Below are positions 1 through 12,720 of a DNA stretch of 64,000 nt, one piece after another. The notes below the pieces were generated by a model that searched no databases, was not told the DNA's origin, and was given only the letters and a program-made list of their open reading frames with translations. A program made the translations under genes and the position numbers. The stretch's first letter is position 1. Each line of letters begins with the position of its first letter. Source of the stretch: Octopus vulgaris (taxonomy: Eukaryota); assembly GCA_951406725.2 (NCBI GenBank), contig OX597814.1:215264001-215328000 (forward strand). The letters are read 5' to 3'.

Positions 1-180
1 TTCAATGTTGCCTTGTGGCTAACCATTTCACTTCGCAACCGCATCGTTCCATGTTCAAGAGTAAGAAAAGACTGATTTCTAAATTAGCTTCATGTCTGAC
101 AAACATCTGTGTAAAATTTGGTGGATGGAAACTATGCCGAAGCCCGTCACGCGCGTATATATGTATGTACGTAGATACAT

Positions 181-217
<37 letters not shown>

Positions 218-499
218 AATATACATACACTCACATATATTTGCGTGTGTATATCGGCATGGAGCAAACAAAATCGGTGCGGCGGACAAAAATACTTTGC
301 AGTATCTAGTTACAACCTCGTTATCCGTCTTTGTATCATTGGATTGCATTTCACATCTTCAGTAAAACAGTATTAGACAAATTACTAGAATTGATATAAT
401 CAACTAAAACTCTTCCAAGCATTGCTCCAGTATGACCACACTGAAATGACTGAAACCCTTAAAAGAATAACAGAACAGACTATATATATATATATATAT

Positions 500-620
500 C
501 TTAATAGTAATAGTATGACAACAGAATAACTGAAGAGATGCCGGAGCAGATTTCTGCCCCGACATCCGAAACTCGGAGTTTTATTATGGCAACCGAATAA
601 TTGTCACATATCATTTTACA

Positions 621-623
<3 letters not shown>
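500..623 (+). mobile_element. Short (TA)n-embedded element carrying a hammerhead ribozyme (retrozyme/Penelope pLTR-like)
   Basis: Bounded by (TA)n runs at 481-499 and 624-656. Outer inverted ends tatgacaa (514-521) / ttgtcacata (601-610). Contains the hammerhead fold listed next. Confidence 0.6.
525..585 (+). ncRNA. Minimal type-I hammerhead ribozyme motif
   Basis: Stem I aataa (525-529)/ttatt (581-585). Core CTGAAGA 530-536. Stem II gatgccggagcag/ctgccccgacatc. GAAA 568-571. Self-complementary stem III ACTC-G-GAGT. GUU site at 578-580. Confidence 0.65.
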
Positions 624-656
<33 letters not shown>

Positions 657-657
<1 letters not shown>

Positions 658-1023
658 CATTATATAAAAGGGCTTAGTAAAATAAATTAATTTGCCGCAT
701 ACTGAACTTATTAGAAATAGCAGCTAAAAATCTTTTTTTAAAACTATTTCTAATACTTAAAGAAAATCTCTCTCATATAGTGTTTGCTTAACTCAACTCA
801 CGAAAGTTTGGGGGTAAAGACATCAAAAAATCAAATGCAAAGGTTTTTGATTTTTTGATGTCTTTACCCCCAAACTTTCGTGAGTTGAGTTAAGCAAACA
901 CTATATGAGAGAGATTTTCTTTAAGTATTAGAAATAGTTTTAAAAAAGTTTTTTAGCTGCTATTTCTAATAAGTTCAGTATGCGGCAAAGTAATTTATTT
1001 TACTAAGCCCTTTTATATAATGT
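657..1023. repeat. Near-perfect long inverted repeat (arms about 179 bp, 10-nt loop)
   Basis: 657-835 is the reverse complement of 846-1023 with only a few mismatches. Loop tgcaaaggtt. Unit flanked by (TA)n at 624-656 and about 1118-1143. Confidence 0.95.
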
Positions 1024-1149
1024 AATAATTTGAATTCGCCTTAAATGGTCCCTTTGCATACTGAACACTTGGTGAAATTGATTAATAATTAATTAATTTT
1101 ACCCTCAATTGTTGAAATTATATATATATATATATATATATATTTAAGT

Positions 1150-1368
1150 TAGTTATGGCCGGTCTATAGATCTACCCTGGGTTTCACGTCCATAAAGGAC
1201 TCAGCTTCACGAGGTTTATTCAGACCCTAATGGCCGGCGGCCCATAACCGCTCTTCAAAGTGGATGGAGGTTATTGGTCATCGGCGATTAGGGTCCGTAG
1301 AAACGCCGTAAAGCTAAGTGCTTTATGGATGCGAAGTCCAGAGTTACCACATAGGCCGGCCATAATTA
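1150..1368. repeat. Imperfect ungapped inverted repeat (rod-like hairpin, about 100-bp arms)
   Basis: tagttatggccggtctat...cccataacc pairs with ggttattggtc...ataggccggccataatta. Scattered substitutions, essentially no indels. Confidence 0.85.
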
Positions 1369-1441
1369 TCTTTACCTATTTCCTTTACTGCGCTATAACT
1401 TAGGGAATGTGCTTTTCTTTCGGATTTATGATTTACTGACG

Positions 1442-1482
<41 letters not shown>

Positions 1483-1519
1483 GTAGATCTTCCGGACATT
1501 ATTGTTTCGATCCTAGGAT

Positions 1520-1737
1520 TCGTAGGACTGGTTATTTGATTTCTATGGCGAATAAGTCACCGGGATCGCAATAAGCCCTGAACGGAATGCAAGCTCGATC
1601 CAGGGTTACTATTTTTTAGCAGAGTGGTTTGGAGCAACGTGAAATGATTTTTTACTCAAGGACACCATACGCCATTGGAAATGCCACGATTGCAATCTCC
1701 TGATTGTAACACCCCTAACCACTAGGCCACACACCTT
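1520..1737 (-). mobile_element. Degenerate family-C tRNA-headed SINE
   Basis: ggagcaacgtgaaatga...ctcaaggacac...ccctaaccactaggccac matches the copies at 3630-3822 and 53458-53800. Confidence 0.6.
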
Positions 1738-2823
1738 TGCATCAGAAGTATGTAGGTAAATTATCATTCGGCTTTTATTGATCATCGCAAACGGTTATTG
1801 TAGCGTGATGTAGGAAAATTAGCATTTCGTATGAGACTTCTCATGTATCACCAAATATATTTATTCTAGCAAACACAGTTTAACGAAGAATTCTTTTCTC
1901 TCCATTCTCATAGATTGCTTCTCTGCAGAACTACTATTATAAAATGTTTACGTTGCAAATATTTACAAAGTTTTGTGTTTAACAACACACAGCCGCTTTA
2001 ACCACACCCGCTAAATTACTATCTATTCAATGCTTTCACTTCATGATGAGTAAATTCAATTACAAGTCTTTTGGATGACCTTCAATTACACACCAGTAAT
2101 TATTCTCATTTTCCTCATAATTTGATTGATTGCGATGCCGAACTACCTTAAATAATAATCCATTCAGGTTAAATCATGGAAAAATATCAGTATCTTCTTA
2201 ACTAATAGGAAGACTGGGGCAATACAACTAAATACTTTCCGCATATTTCGTATGATGAAAAAAACAGCAGAAGTTAACAATACTCTTCTTTACATATTAC
2301 CACACCCCCACATAACAAAATGCTACAGCTCACATGAAATGCCCTACTATGAATGACTTTTCCTCTCAGTTTATTTTCTACTTCTTTCACTTCAAGTATC
2401 TAAGCTTGAAAACGGATAAAAACTTCCGAACTGCATTCGCTAGAAGCATCAACTAATCTTTTGTGCTTTATGTCACATTCTATCTATTCACCACCTGTTG
2501 CCAAGAAGAAAATTCTTGTTTCAAGCGAACTTTATATATATTTATTTTTTCACCAGTATTGTAATTATTATTATGCATGACAAAAAGTAGTTATTGATAT
2601 ATTGAGGAAAACAACTTGAGATACGTCTAGCTCGTATATTTTCTTTCGCTGTTAAAATATTTCTGTTGTTTTAAGTGAATGCAGCTGATGTTTCTATGTA
2701 CTTGAACTGAATGAAGCCAGTTAGAATTCCATCGTATTTAAATTTGTTTTATTTTATTCAACGTTGCTTCTCTTGTTGGGAACACTCCTCATTAAAAACT
2801 AATTGTTATGCTTATGATGCCCT

Positions 2824-2970
2824 CACACAAGCACACACACACACAAACACATACACATACACGCACACACACACACACACAAACACACACACATACACTT
2901 ACACACACGCGCGCATACACACATGCAAACACATACACTCGCACACACACACAAACACACACACAACATA
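2824..2970. repeat. (CA)n-rich microsatellite
   Basis: Direct inspection. Confidence 0.95.
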
Positions 2971-3627
2971 CGCATGCATCCATGCTAACACATATATTTG
3001 AAATTTGTAAAAGTGGTGATTATACAATGTCTGCATATATAACACTTTACATGAGAGACAAATTACGCATAAACAAGAAACAAATCGATAAATTTTTACT
3101 TTCCTGGGGAGTTTTAAAAGTCTTTTTAACATAATCTAAACATATAAATGCGAAGACACAATTCGCTGCTAAACCTAAGACAGAGTTTATAAATATAAAT
3201 AAGCTGTGTTTATTACGCAACTTTTAATGCTGTTGTGAGATATTTTGATGGTTTTGTCAGAAGGAAAATGCACTGGCCCTTGGTCTTCACAGCCTCTCTG
3301 AAGCTTGTGAGATCGATGCAGTTCATATTCATCAAGACCAGTGGTTCTCATTGAGGGTTCATATGATCCTCTGAGATCTAAATTGGGGATCCACAGTAGT
3401 ATTTAAAGGGTGCATGAAAAAGTCTTGCATAAGATATATTCATTGGAAGAAACGGTTTGGCTTCTTTTTCTAATGTTTTACATAGTTTAACATGTTTCTG
3501 GCCTCTGAAACATGTTCTCTTAGAGAGTGCTTTTGCAAACCTACACAACTGAATAAATGAAAAACAAAATAAGAATTTTGAAAGTACCTATAAAACTAAT
3601 TTTTAAACGTCACCCTTTTCAAGCCTA

Positions 3628-3822
3628 GCCAGGGTCATGAGTCCGATTTCCCGGTTTCTGTGGCGTATGTGTTCCCCAGCTGGACGGGACGCCAGTCCAT
3701 CGCAGCGTTACTCATTTTTGCCAGCTGAGTGGACTGGAGCAACGTGAAATGAAGTGTTTTGCTCAATAACATAATCTTACGATCATGATGCTGACACCCT
3801 AACCACTAAGCCGCGCGCCTCT
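3628..3822 (-). mobile_element. Family-C SINE with V-SINE-like tail
   Basis: Minus strand reads tRNA-like head ggcgcgcggcttagtggttagggtg, then ttgctccagtccactcagctgg and gcgatggactggcgtcccgtccag, which resembles the V-SINE domain. Confidence 0.7.
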
Positions 3823-3899
3823 ACAGTTTTTAAACACTGAATGGCTATGGCTAGATTTTATGGCTGAATGGCTAGATTTTAAATAGTAATCAAAGGGGT

Positions 3900-4710
3900 T
3901 CATATATGAAAAGAGAATGAGGAGCACTGATCTAGACCAGCTGCAGGCTGCCGACTGCGGGTAAAATGTTGACAGAGAATTCCAGATGGCTGACGCCATG
4001 AGGAGGAAGAATAAGGCAAGATAATTTGAACAAGGGTTGGGGAGCAAGAATATAGTGACGATGATGAATAGAGGCGAATGTGTGGAATGAGCTTGACTGC
4101 AGGTTGTAAGCGACCACCAAGTTTGAAGCTTATGTCTGAGGCTTATGGATTGAAGCGTATTGGTTAGCTACTCCATACCAACCAGTCGGGTTGCCTTTTT
4201 TTTTAATGCGATATTGTATGTCCGTGTGTGTGGCAGCAAGTGTACTAGATGCACGAGTAGTATTCTTTTGTGGGTCTGGTCTCACTTCAGTTTTGTAATA
4301 GTCAAGAAATGTTGGGATCTAAAATATTTTCTGACTCTGAAAATGAAGGCTAATTTATCGGATGTAACTTTAGTTATTTTATGAATGTGATATCACCAAG
4401 AGAGATTATCGAAGATTTTATATGACCTAGAAACTGTAGTAATTAGAAGATGATTTTAATGACATGTTGTCTACGGCTGGTGACGGTGAGGTACAGTATT
4501 ATGTCTTTGATGTGTCTACTGATTGTACATTGTTAAAGAAGACAAGATTGACGTTTTTATTGACGAAATATTGATTGGAAGTTTAGGGAGGAATGAAAGT
4601 TGTTATGGTCCACATAAGATTAGCTTTGTTAAAGTAACAGTAAATAGGTTGACCTTAGTGGGAATTGGACCAACTGTACTACGTGTTCAAAGATCTGGAT
4701 AAATCTTGAT
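3900..4710 (-). pseudogene. Decayed CR1/L2-group LINE ORF2 C-terminal fragment
   Basis: Broken minus-strand frames give KTEVRP..EYYSCI, KKKATRLVGME*LTNTLQS and SAIWNSL. These resemble the RP.LEY, Q..ATRL and WNSLP motifs of CR1/L2 RT C-termini. Confidence 0.5.
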
Positions 4711-4939
4711 TCTTTAATTAGAATCCCCAGGCATTCTTTATCGAAGGCTTTGTGGCATTCTTTATCGAAGGTTTTGGTAAAGCAATCTGTTTTATTTGAT
4801 TTGGAATCTCTCTGAAAGGCCAGAGTGTATTCCAAACATTTGTTTTAATTAACCGTAGAATGTAAAAGGCAAAGTTGACACCTATTCAATTTGAATCCAG
4901 TGTCATGAGATAGACAAGTGGTGATGTCTTACTCCTAGG
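4711..4939 (+). repeat. Local duplication of 5983-6106 joined to 6370-6457
   Basis: Near-identical blocks: tctttaattagaatccccaggc, ggcattctttatcgaaggttttgg...gtgtattccaa and accgtagaatg...cttactcc. Confidence 0.9.
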
Positions 4940-6105
4940 GCAGTGGCTTTGTTCGTTTGAAGTTATTGGAGGTACTTTCGCACACGGCGTTTATTTTTAC
5001 GTATTGGTGGTGAACGTAACGGAGTGGAGAGTGGAAGATTTTGTCTTGTGTGCGTGGTGTGTGAAATTCAGTTACTACTGGGCGGGGGAGGTTCAGCAGA
5101 AGTACTACATACGGAGTCACGGTGTTTGAGAAATAGAAAGACAGGTGATTGTGTCAAGTTGGCTAAGATCGGCTATTTTGTGAAGCTAGTGGGCCAGTTG
5201 GCTGTAGATTGTATGTGTATAAAGTTAGTGTTTCAAGTGATAATTTTAAAGTTTCTGCAGTAGTGTGTAAAAGCTGTTCAACATTTTACAGGTGATGCTT
5301 TTAGGCTTGTCTTTCGCTCGTACATCTGCAACACAGATATGGTTGAAAACGATTTGAGAGTTTGGAGTTAGAGTTTTCGTTGTGGAAGAGATGAGCGGGA
5401 ACATACCTTAGAAGTGGTTTTCACTAATCTATGTACCAGTTTCTGATGGGTTAGGAGTAAAGAACTATTGCTGGCAGATATCGGCTAAGAATAGGTAGTA
5501 GGAAGTGTTACTTGATAATGGCCAAAATATTCCGTTTCTACACCACACCGTTGGTTCTGGGAGGAGTATGGGAGCCCAAAAATAGTTGTGGATAATAACT
5601 GGATATTGAGATTGAGTTCAGCGTAGTCACATAGATATCCTGAAAGCGCTCCCCCCTCCCCTCCACACACACACACACATGCGCACACAAACATGTATAT
5701 AAATATGCATAGTCTTTCGGTCTTTCACGATGGCGAACAATTAACACCTATTCATATGATAGATAACGTTATCTCAACTTTTGTGTTGTTTATTTTAAAG
5801 AACTTTTTATTATTTGAAAAGAGAGAGAAAAAGAACACGAATGAGTTGTTGGTTATCAAGTAAATATTTCTTGTGTTGTCACAATGTCAGAGATTTATAG
5901 AACAGAGAAAAGATCGTGACTTTAATGCCTTTCTCATATGTTGGGGCTACACAAGTGAATCCCATCATAAATCGAAACTGTTTCTTTAATTAGAATCCCC
6001 AGGCGCTCATCTCAACTATTCTGTGGCATTCTTTATCGAAGGTTTTGGTAAAGCAATCTGTTTTATTTGATTTGGAATCTCTCTGAAAGGCCAGAGTGTA
6101 TTCCA

Positions 6106-6369
6106 ATCATCATCATCATTGTTCGACCGTGGTCGAGACTTTCATAGTCTTTTCAAATGGCTAATAATGTGTGCGCGCGCCACTACTACACACATTGGAA
6201 AGCATTGTACAACCAAGTACTAAAGAAGATCTTTCCTCCTCCATGAAACAAAGCTGTTCCCGCTGGACGTCAACCCAGTATTTCTAAGCTACGGACCCAG
6301 TGATTTATTGTAAGGTTATCTCCCTAGATAGATTGCCTTCACTACGGCTAAGGAGCCCTTGTATTATAC
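6106..6369 (-). mobile_element. RTE-related short retroposon fragment with (GAT)n tail
   Basis: Begins with (ATC)n on +. Contains ggttatctccctagatagattgccttcactacggctaaggagccc, resembling RTE-associated SINE bodies. Confidence 0.45.
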
Positions 6370-7779
6370 ACCGTAGAATGTAAAAGGCAAAGTCGACACC
6401 TATCCAATTTGAATCCAGTGTCATGAGATAGACAAGTGGTGATGTCTTACTCCCAGGTCAACTCGTTCAACACGTGGCCAAGCAATGGTTCTTCTTATAA
6501 TGTAGGTTGTGCAGCTTTAAGTATCTTGCTGTCCTAAAAGTAGTTTACTTTTGATTTCCCTTTCATCTTAGCAAATATTTTACAGGAAATGGTCAATACT
6601 GGTTTTCGGTTTGTTTATCGCAGCGCAAAGAAGTCTCATAATTATATTCTAGAATGAATTATTTCGAGGTAATTGGCAAAATGAAGAAAGTATCAGCTTA
6701 CCAGAGATGGAAAAGTTGTTTTGTGGTTGCACTGTGCCCGTGATCAAGGTACTTAACTCATGCTTGTTCAATCCAACTAACATTTAAGCGGAGGCTCTTA
6801 CTGCATTAATCAGCCGTGGAGCTGTATAATTAAGAAGTATTTCATTGACATGCAGTGTTGAATTCTAATCCTATGGCGAGTAGGCTTGGAGATGTATTTT
6901 TAAAAAAATGATCAGGATTTTGTACGCATTAAAGTGTGCATTTAAGAAGATAATTACGTCTCCATTCGTGACACTTTAGCTTAGTAAATATTCATTGATA
7001 GATCGAATAATAAATTGTTATAGATAAAAGCAAGTTCAAATCTAAGTGAAGTAAATGAGAAATATTGGGCTGTCTGATAGATTTGTTCAATTTTTTTACT
7101 TGTCACTCCATCGTCATATTTCTGAAAGGAATTGATTTTTACTTTAATTTCAAAAACGATAAACAAAAGTCGTAAATAAAATAGTGTGGAGGAAATACCC
7201 CAAAGAACGAAGGAATTTATTTCATAAGCCAAAACCAACCACCACATTTTTAGCAAATTTTACGCTAATTTTCAGGCAAGTGAATAACAATAATGATATT
7301 CTTGCAAGATTTAAGGTGGCTATAAGATAGTTGCTCTAATAGTACTGTGAATTGATTTTTTATGTTAGCTTTAAGCTTCTGTTATCACGAAGTGAGTAAA
7401 TGAGATGGTGTGACATTCGTGCTTTAACTAAAGGGCATTATCTGTGTAAATGAAGAGAAATTGAAACCGAGAGAAGACATTGATTACATTATGAATTGTT
7501 CTCATTTTTCAGCAGCAGACTTCTTCGTATAATAGAGACAGAGTAAGTACGGAAATCTCAAAACCACCACAATCACTACTACTGCTACTACTGTTGCTGA
7601 TTTACGTGGAATTCGTTGACGTAGATAGATGCACAGATGCAGTAATCCAGACACATCATGTCCCCACTTAGTCCAGTCTCGTATTTTGCCATGAAGTGAA
7701 ATATCGCATGCGGTAACTGTTCTTTTCTTAACTGTTCCCTACACCCGGGTATTACTATATATTTATTTGGTAGTTGCCA

Positions 7780-8190
7780 TAGGCGCAGGAGTGGCTGTGT
7801 GGTAAGTAGCTTGCTAACCAGCCACATGGTTCCAGGTTCAGTCCCACTGCGTGGCATCTTGGGCAAGTGTCTTCTGCTATAGCCCCGGGCCGACCAATGC
7901 CTTGTGAGTGGATTTGGTAGACGGAAACTGAAAGAAGCCTGTCGTATATATGTATATATATATGTATGTGTCGGCTTGTGTGTCTGTGTTTGTCCCCCTA
8001 GCATTGCTTGACAACTGATGCTGGTGTGTTTACGTCCCCGTCACTTAGCGGTTCGGCAAAAGAGACTGATAGAATAAGTACTGGGCTTACAAAGAATAAG
8101 TCCCGGGGTCGATTTGCTCGACTTAAGGCGGTGCTCCAGCATGGCCGCAGTCAAATGACTGAAACAAGTAAAAGAGTAAAAGAGTAAAGA
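7780..8190 (+). mobile_element. Family-B tRNA-headed SINE (CORE/V-like domain, CR1/L2-derived tail), full length
   Basis: A-box tggctgtgtgg, B-box ggttcagtccc, then tggcatcttgggcaagtgtctt, internal TA/TG tract, and tail gtgctccagcatggccgcagtcaaatgactgaaacaagtaaaagag. Confidence 0.9.
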
Positions 8191-8254
8191 GAAAGAGTAA
8201 GGGGAACAAGGTGGACGGGTCTGAGAATGACAAGCTGCTGTTCTGTCATTGGTT

Positions 8255-8462
8255 TTGAGAATAAACAAAACTGGATCTCCTCCTGTCAAAAGTTCCGGAT
8301 GAGCCTACCTGACGGTAGGAAACGCAGATGAGGGGTAGCAGCGTCACACTCCCTCATTCATCATGTTACATATCAGCGGAGGTTTCAAGTAGGGAAGACG
8401 TAGTAAAGCCAACGGCGGTGCTCCAGCATAGCCGCTGCTCTCGAGCTGAGACTAGTTATAGA
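8255..8462 (+). mobile_element. CR1/L2 LINE 3' end fragment (same family as 15447-15950)
   Basis: Encodes KLDLLLSKVPDEP. Matches the reverse complement of 15560-15645. Ends in ggtgctccagcatagccgc tail. Confidence 0.7.
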
Positions 8463-8729
8463 GTTTTAAGGAGTGATATGTTTTTGAGTTTCTATAGATT
8501 ACGTTGTAATGATAGTATAAGTATAGTGTTGTAGCATATGGGAAGGTGTGGCTCTTTATATCTGGGTGTCTGGGGATGGGAAATTCTACAGAGGTAGCCA
8601 CTATATCGTTTGAAATTTGTTGCAGGAACAAACTGTACCCCTCATATAGTAAAATCAGGAATTTTTATTATATGCTTTATTGTTTATAGTATGCCTTTAC
8701 TAGTCGCATGAGTATATATAAATATATAT

Positions 8730-9204
8730 GGCGGCGAGCTGGCAGAAACGTTAGCGCGCCGGGCGAAATGCTTAGCAGTATTTCGTTCGGTGACCTGGCA
8801 GAAACGTTAACACGCCGGTCCAAATGCCTAGCGGTATTTCATCTGCCGTTACGTTGTGAGTTCAAATTCCGTCGAGGTCGACTTTGCCTTTCATCCTTTC
8901 GGGGTCGATAAATTAAGTACCAGTTACGCACTGGGGTCGATATAATCGACTTAATACCTATGTCTGTCCTTGTTTGTCCCCTCTATGTTTAGCCCCTTGT
9001 GGGTAATAAAGAAATAGAAATAGGTATTTCGTCTGCGTTACGTTCTGAGTTCAAATTCCGCCGAGGTCGACTTTACCTTTTATCCTCTCGGGGTCGATAA
9101 ATAAAGTACCAGTTTCGCACTGGGTCGATGTAATCGACTTAATCCGTTTGTCTGTCCTTGTTTGTCCCCTCTGTGTTTAGCCCCTTCTGGGTAGTAAAGG
9201 AATA
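8730..9204 (+). mobile_element. Family-A MetaSINE-like element, duplicated head plus tandem second body
   Basis: Head ggcggcgagctggcagaaacgttagc. Meta-like domain gcctttcatcctttcggggtcgataaattaagtaccag occurs twice. Second unit restarts at ggtatttc 9023. tatatataaatatatat on both flanks (probable TSD). Confidence 0.9.
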
Positions 9205-9246
9205 TATATATAAATATATATATATTGTGGTATCGACTGTGAATTG

Positions 9247-9560
9247 ACGTGTCCTAGTGGTTTGAGTATTCGGTTCATGATCGTAAGGCCGTGAGTTCGA
9301 TTCCTGGCGGAGCACTGAGTAAGACGCTTTATTTCACGTTGCTCCAGTTCCCTTATCTGGCAAAAATGAGTAGTACCTGTATTTCAAAGGGTCAGTTTTG
9401 TCACATTCTGTATCACGCTGGATCCCCCTGAGAACTACATTAAGGGCACGTGTGTTTGTGGAGTGCTCAGCCACCTGCACGTTAATTTCACGAGAAGACT
9501 GTTCCGTTGATCGGATCAACTGGAACACTCATCGTTGTAACCAACGGATTACCAGTGCCA
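9247..9560 (+). mobile_element. Family-C SINE with alternative tail
   Basis: Head tcctagtggtt...gtgagttcgattcc and atttcacgttgctccagt. Tail gtggagtgctcagccacctgcacgttaatttc...gatcggatcaactggaac, also seen decayed near 29550-29650. Confidence 0.75.
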
Positions 9561-11182
9561 ATATAGTACTTAAAGTGTTTTATGCTGGTATTGTACGGAT
9601 ATACAGCAAAATGGTTACTCTAAGCTACTGCTGTTGTTAACAGCTAGACATTTTCAAATATAGCAATTCGTTTTATTGTCCTTATCTCGTTGAAATGACA
9701 GAATGAATAATTTTGTTTAACTTCAGTCTCCAAAGTGTTTTACAGTAAAGTATGGATGTTAAAACAAATCATTACCCCAATAAGTCAACATCTGTATACA
9801 GTGAATTGATAAGACTTTAGTCTCTTGTCTTACAAACCATTACTTGATATTCAGTTACACTATTAGAATATTTTGGCACGATATCATCTTCTTACCCAAA
9901 ACGCTAAATTCAACTTGTCATAACTTTGCTTAATTAGAATATTAAAAAAAAAACCTTAAGTTATGGCATCTGTTTAATACACGCTTCAACTATTAGAAAA
10001 TGATGAATATTTATGTACGAAGACATTCTCTCAAGACTATCTCTGACCAACCATTCTGGGTGTGTATTTTTTTAACATTAGTAAAATGTTGCGGATAAAC
10101 AGAGGAGTAAAATATACGATTATATTATATTTATGCCTTTCTGAAGGCATATGTCCTGCTATAAAGCAGCACTCAATCAACCAATCTGCATAAGTATTAA
10201 AAAAGCTTCAAGACACATCTCACTAACTGTGAGAATAAATAGCTTGCATTAGCAGTTATTTACCAATATGGCTTGTAGGAAACTAAAAAGTGGCAAAAGC
10301 AAACGGCTAACCATAGCTTCGGTAATTCTTTTATAATTCTGTCGTAACCAGCACCAGTTGCATTCTTCCTGAGCAACTACTAGCTCATTCTATTTCTGGA
10401 AAAAAAATATTACATATTTCTTCGTTGCATTTGAACTAAAATGTCAACGGGAAAATATTTAATTCAGTTCGAGAATAAGAATTACTCATGTCTTTAACCA
10501 TTTGAGAATACAACCAATTAAAATGTAGAATCTTTTTTCAGAAAGGTTGTACAGTAAAAGTAACAAATTCCTTTGCGCTTTCGAATCTAACTAAGTTAGT
10601 CTGGTAGCTTATAATTAATCAGTGCCATTGTACACTGAACTTCTTGTAAAAGAACCCACATCCCGCCACAAAAAAAAAAAGAAAAAAGAAAATACCACTG
10701 AAGTAGGTCGAGTAAGTTGGTTATTAGATATTACTTTTATTTGAGTTTGTACTTCATCTAAGAACTACTTTGAAGATTCTGCTTTCTTTTTAATTTTTTT
10801 TTTTCATTTACCTAACATCAACAAGTAGCTTCCTTCTGTAAGAGACTCTTGATTTTACTGTATTGTTATCCTGTATTACTAAAGGGTGACTCAAATGACG
10901 TCTGAGGAAATAGTATTCGCAAGTAATCATGTCTTATTCATGAAAATTTAACTTATTATCGTTGATTAATTTCATTACTATCTGTTGGCAACATTTTCAG
11001 ATAATTATTAGTCTAGAGATTAATACTGGTTATATGTTGAAAAGAAAAATATATATATATATATATGATTACAACATTAAAATGAATTACAGAATAAAGT
11101 ATGAAGGAACCAGACGAGAATACACAGACACATACTATCGTGAAATAAATTAGGGTTAAAAAGTAACATACTGACACGAGAC

Positions 11183-11221
<39 letters not shown>

Positions 11222-11749
11222 AGGAGAGAGATAGAGCGACACACAGAGACGCATGCGAGATCAGCCCCAACTTTTCAGCTGATCAGGGAGAGAAGAAGCC
11301 ATCTTCTTCCCTCCAGATTTAAAAGAGCTTCTTCATGCGAGACAAGGACGGGGCTACAAAGGAAACTTCACTTTCCCGAGGTTGTCCTAACATCTTTGGT
11401 ACCTAATGGACTCATATGGTGAGAGGAGGCAAAGAAGATAACTGACTGAACTGACAGTCTCGCGTGAAAATGGATGTGTGGAGGCTTTGGAGAAGAAAAC
11501 CACCTAGTAACAGGATTTGATCCACCAATATAGGATAACAGGTTGATAGTTCTAGCGAGTACCATTCGAGGACGGTGCTGAGGTTTACATATCAGACTGT
11601 GTGGAAAATGCTGACTGTTCTTTGAGTGGCAGAAGACAAAAAAGAAAGACAGCTGCTAGCAAGATGGAGGTCAGAGGAAGAACATTTTGCTGGCTCGGAA
11701 ACAAATGAAGGGAGATGAGCTGGAGGTCAAAAGAGGACGGGTATTGATT

Positions 11750-12080
11750 GGCCATTAATGTTGACGCGTCGATTGGACTACGTTTCGGTTGAGAGTTGAA
11801 ACACACAATGAAAGTTGGACAATTATTTAATGATGTTGATGCGGTGAAAATGGCTGTAAAGAAGTGGGTACAATAATGCACGACTGAATTTTTTTTAAAG
11901 AGGGTTTACTAGTTAGGTTCAAGGACAGGGCAAACTCATCGCTTGTGTTGAAAACCATGTTCATTAGTATCCTTGTATTGAGAAAAGATTACTTTACTAA
12001 CGCGTGCAATTTCAGCGGCCTCTGTCAGTTAATATAAAAGATATGCCCACTTTTGCATTGCTTTCGAGACAACCCTCGTA
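11750..12080 (+). pseudogene. mariner transposase C-terminal relic with right TIR
   Basis: Frameshifted DY.FG.LKHTMK..FNDVDAVKMAVKKWV..TTEFF..G. Ends gacaaccctcgta, a mariner-type TIR followed by TA. Confidence 0.65.
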
Positions 12081-12720
12081 TATATCATTTTTTCTCTGCC
12101 CAAGCTGCAATACGGTTAAAGTAAAAAGTATCAGTTCATTAGATATGGATTTATTTATCTATTTATTTATCTATTCAATCACATCTAACAATAATTATTA
12201 CAAGTGAGTTCACATCCTCAGAAATTTTAAGTCGCAGGATCTTCACTTAATAATGAGGGGCCCCAGTTCGTTGGGTTAGCCTCATGGTTACTGTTGACTA
12301 GAGTGCTATTACTCGATGTTTGAACAATATTTTCGGAAAGTATGGATATGAAGGTGAAGAAAATTGGCATCAGTCATAGTTAAAAGTACCATGTATCGGA
12401 TTTTTCTAACTTTAGAGTGAAACTCTATACAACGGTTGGTATCTTAATTTAAATGTTAGATTTTTTTCGAAACCGACCGTCTCTTCATAGGATTGGTTAG
12501 GAAAAAGCAAAATGCATATGTAAAAATACATACTACATGTGCTTACAAGTGCTTACGAATAGTATTTTATAAACTACACACACACAGATACACACATAGA
12601 AACATGTAATTTGTGTTGTTGCTTGTGTGTGTGTGTGTGGGGGGGGGCTTATACTTTTTATATATTCCCCTATGAAACGTTTTTACGTTTATGTAGGCAT
12701 AATCATACTATAAAGATTCA

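Noticed and set aside
7780-7850. SINE heads as genuine tRNA genes (also 8730, 23441, 55575)
   Set aside because: A and B boxes are present but there is no complete cloverleaf, and they continue into SINE bodies.
8295-8330. cggatgagcctacc-tgac-ggtaggaaacg, resembling a hammerhead core
   Set aside because: It is the VPDEP-coding end of a CR1/L2 LINE. The paralog near 15580-15610 lacks the hairpin and there is no stem I or III.
11270-11745. Purine-rich stretch resembling LINE coding DNA
   Set aside because: No recognisable RT or endonuclease motif in any frame.
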